From Paraspadella gotoi (lineage: Eukaryota; Animalia; Chaetognatha), in assembly GCA_051294375.1 (NCBI GenBank), contig JBJCIZ010000744.1, positions 1 through 60,532 of the forward strand: a stretch of 60,532 nucleotides of DNA, given 5' to 3'. A program made the translations under genes and the position numbers. Positions 56,912 through 60,532 of this stretch are shown piece after piece. Numbering within the stretch: the first letter of the stretch is position 1; each line of letters starts with the position of its first letter. Below the pieces are notes generated by a model. The model worked only from the letters and a program-made list of their open reading frames with translations, was not told the origin of the DNA and made no database searches.

Positions 56912-59900
56912 AGAGAAACAGAAAAGAAAGCAAGCCAAGCTGCCCTAGAATTACGTCTAAAGGAAGAAATGGAAAATAGAGGAAAATGTGGAAGAGGAAG
57001 GAGGAAATTAAAGGGACGAAGAATACAAGAAGCTTCGAAATGCAATACCAGAAGCTGATTGAAAAAAGGGAGAGATCAAAGTAATAAAGAGTCGGGCAAT
57101 TGAAAAAGGGAAAGGAAGGATGAGAAGAGAACGAAGAGTGATAGAAATGACAAAGCGAGCGGTAAGAGATGAAGAAAAAATGAGACAGAAAGGAGAGAAG
57201 AAAGTACAGAAATAAAAGAAAATAGAAGCGAAAGGTTTTTTTTTGGACGAGGGATCGCAAGAGACGGGAGGAAACTCTCTAGAGTGGAAAAAACGCGGAA
57301 GAGAAGCGCTGGGATAAAATGGCAGAGCTTTGTGTAGAGCAAAGGGGAAAGAGAAGAATTGATGTAGCGGAAGATGGTAATGGAAAAGTGATGGAGAGAA
57401 GTTGGATGAAGGCGAAGGAGTGATGAATAGAGAGATAAATAGGGAGAGGAAGAGATAGAAAGGGTAGAATAAGAATGTCGAGAGAGAATGTAGAGACAGA
57501 ACAGGGGTAGTAGAAAGAGCGTGGGAAGGGAAGGTGTGAGAGTTAAGAGGGTGGAAAGACAAGAAAGAACATGAATGTCTCGCCAGAATTCCTCACAATT
57601 GCGTGATCGATTACGCATCGATTCCCTTTCGCTCTCTTTACTTGCGCTCTCTTCTAGCGTTAATTCGCAAGCTCGTACCAGTTGCAAAAAAGACCTTTAG
57701 ATTAATTCGTTTTATCGCACTTTACTCAAAATTCAACTATTTTTTAGCCTACGAAGCGGCCTATTAATACTCGTACTATTTCTTACTATATTGTCTTTTC
57801 TCTGTAGTCGTGTTTATAACTCTGTTTATTGTAACATAAAGAGTAAAAACGGTTGTATTGGCAAGCACAGAAAGAGAAAGAGAATAAGAAAGAGAGAGAG
57901 ATTATATAAGAGAGAAATTCCGCACAAGAGGAGAACACCTTGGTTACTAAGTTATTTTTAGACGGGGTCCTTCCACTTTGTTTTCATTCGCCAATGTATT
58001 AAATCTGAATATTCAAAATAAACCGTCAACTCCTTTTTCAGCCTTTATAGATGGGTGTTCCCGATCCACACGTCCACTTTCATACATACACATCAAAAAA
58101 AAGAAATTTCCACTTGTATCCGCGCGGTTGTTCCATATAACTGAAAAGGCGTTGTGTTTTTTATGTGATCGCGGATTTTATAGTAATCGCTTGGTTTTTG
58201 ACTTAATTCTGGTTTATATATTTAGCCTCATTTATTTTTTTAATATTAATGGACGCGGATTGTCTTCTTGAAAGTTTTGTATATAATACAAAACGAAACA
58301 AACAGTTCTTCGTCGGTTCTCTGAAGAATCAATCAGGAATAATATACAAGCGACCATTCCCGTATTATAATTCCCACAAATTAGCAGTTTTTAAGCTCTC
58401 TAGGCTTGTTCCGGGAGGTGCAGGGATGAAGCATATATAGAGAGAGTCCACTGAGTGAAAGAAATCAGAAAACAAAAAATATAAAAAACGGTCGTCGTCG
58501 TCGACTGCGTCATAATATAAGTATGTGACGGAGGCGGGAGACGAAGAGTGAATGATTCGGATGCGTAGTTGATATATGATACGCGTGAGAGACGATGTGA
58601 CAGTAGAGTATAACTGCAAGGAAGTAGATAGTGAGAGCGAGTGAGACTCCGAGAGAGATGGCACGACAAGGTTAAGTTTATAACCATTGCATGTCAATTG
58701 ATACCGACGGGGTGGGGAGTCATAATTACTAAGTTTAGGGTTGTATGTAGTATAGAAATAATGCGAAACGAGCTGTAAGGGAAAAATGAGTGCTTTGGAA
58801 GTCACTCACCGTGTTTCTTCATTTATCTTATGTGATTCCTTCTCGTACTCTGATTCTCATAGTTTTCTTATCTATTTTCTGTAGGAACGATAATAGGTGC
58901 ATTTCGAAAGAGAAGTGAGAACAGCAGTGATGAGTGAGAGAGCATGAGAAGATTGGAGAGAGAATTGTGGACGATAGAGTGCAGACTGAGATAGTGAATC
59001 AAAAAATCTGATTCTTTCGTCGCTCGTACTGTCTCCTGGTCTACGACCTCGCCCTTGACTCACAGTCTCTCACTTTCTCTCATTTTTCTTCCCCCTCTCG
59101 TTCTTCTCACTCGTCTCTCTCTCTCTACTATCTTTGCTGTCACTATCGCTTACATCTATAACCAGTGCAATATTAAGTAGCTGAAATAACGAAGTATTCG
59201 TTAGTTTCCACGTAGTATCTCGTGGAAATTGCCCCAGAAATATCGTTTGCAAGGAGGCGGGACGAGATCGTGAATTGAGTGAGAGGGGCGGAGAATCGGC
59301 TAACGTCAAAGAAACCGGAAAGATGATATTTCTTTCATGACATTCGACTTTGTCACGTTGGGCGTCGACTACGCCAGAATCAAAACTGGGCGCGGAAAAG
59401 AACCACTTGACGTTGAGTTGTCGTCGCTGAAAGAAAAAACCAACGCATTTTCTTTAGAATAATCGACGCCGTCGCAGTCCGTCAGTCCGACGAGAGAGGA
59501 GAGCAGAAGAGAAGGTCTGTACCTACCGTCCGTTCGAATTCCTTAGTTCAGTCCATTCACTCCCTCAGTACGTCCGCCTCCAAACGTTTTGTGTGAGACG
59601 AAATCCACTCGCTTTACAATTAGCTATCTGTCGACACGAATGTCTGGACGAAAATCAACGCCAAAAACCAATCACAACTGATGAGCGTTTCCACGAGGAC
59701 ACGAGAAAAGCAAAGGAGACGACACCTCACACATATCCAACACTGCTCAGGTCACGTCTCAGCGCTGACACACGAGAGATTAGTGTTAGACGCTGTCTTC
59801 TACACGCGTAAGCTGGTTTCTTCGTGTTTTTTGACTATCATATATCTTTCATATTAACTCAGCACGGTAGTGTCATGATGATCTTAGGCGACGTGCGATC

Positions 59901-60259
59901 ATTTCCAAAGATTCAAGAGTCATTAAAATTGATCTGCATAACCCGGACACGGACGAAACATTGCACACCACCCCGCAAGGAGACGCCATGATGGATGGAC
60001 GCCGAGAAACGAGCCCACGAAGAGAAGCCGAGGANNNNNNNNNNNNNNNNNNNNNNNNNATGAAGAAAGTCAAAGTCAAAAGTGTTCATCAGTCTATATA
60101 TAATTTGTATAATGTATATATATGAGAAGTGGGGATATCCAAAGAAAATTACTTAGTAATTATGACTCAGCGGTATCAATTGAATCAATGGTAAACTTAA
60201 CTTGGGATGGAATCGTAATAATTTGCAGTTAAGAAGCAGCGAAACTAAACATGAAAATA

Positions 60260-60290
<31 letters not shown>

Positions 60291-60532
60291 AAAAATCTGA
60301 CGATCGCAGTTTTTCAAAACCAAAAAAAAATCATTTTTCTCTCACCGACGCCATTTTGTCTTTCTCTCAGATTCTGCATCCAATTTACATTTTTTAGACT
60401 CAGAAACAAAAAAAAACAAAAAAAAACATCAGCTTCACGTGATTGGGAACGAATGTGAATGACGGACGGAAGGGAAGACGATCGCTCTCTGTCTCTGTCT
60501 TCGTCTCAGTCTCTGTCGTTGTCTCTCACTCT

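Overview
This is animal (bilaterian invertebrate-type) genomic DNA from a gapped, partly error-prone assembly. It has 16 N-gaps, six of them exactly 25 N, and dense (AG)n, (GAC)n and A/T tracts plus several minisatellites. Almost all ORFs in the supplied track are artefacts of repeats or gaps. The one supportable gene is a minus-strand SoxB1 (Sox1/2/3, SoxNeuro-type) transcription factor, rebuilt by hand from nine visible GT-AG coding exons between 50717 and 28728. It carries the HMG-box C-terminus and group-B motif ([30 protein letters not shown]), then GYMPNGY, the SUMO-type IKTE motif and GDLRDMINMYLP. The first two thirds of the HMG box are not visible, and one internal exon is missing by phase logic. 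SoxB1 coding regions are classically intronless, so a gene with 10 or more introns, one inside the HMG box, is the main result. Other observations are DINE/Helentron-like non-autonomous elements, a second dispersed repeat family, an intronic foldback, motif-dense candidate cis-regulatory islands and two tandem duplications that are probably gap-filling artefacts. I found no supportable rRNA, tRNA, CRISPR array or transposase.
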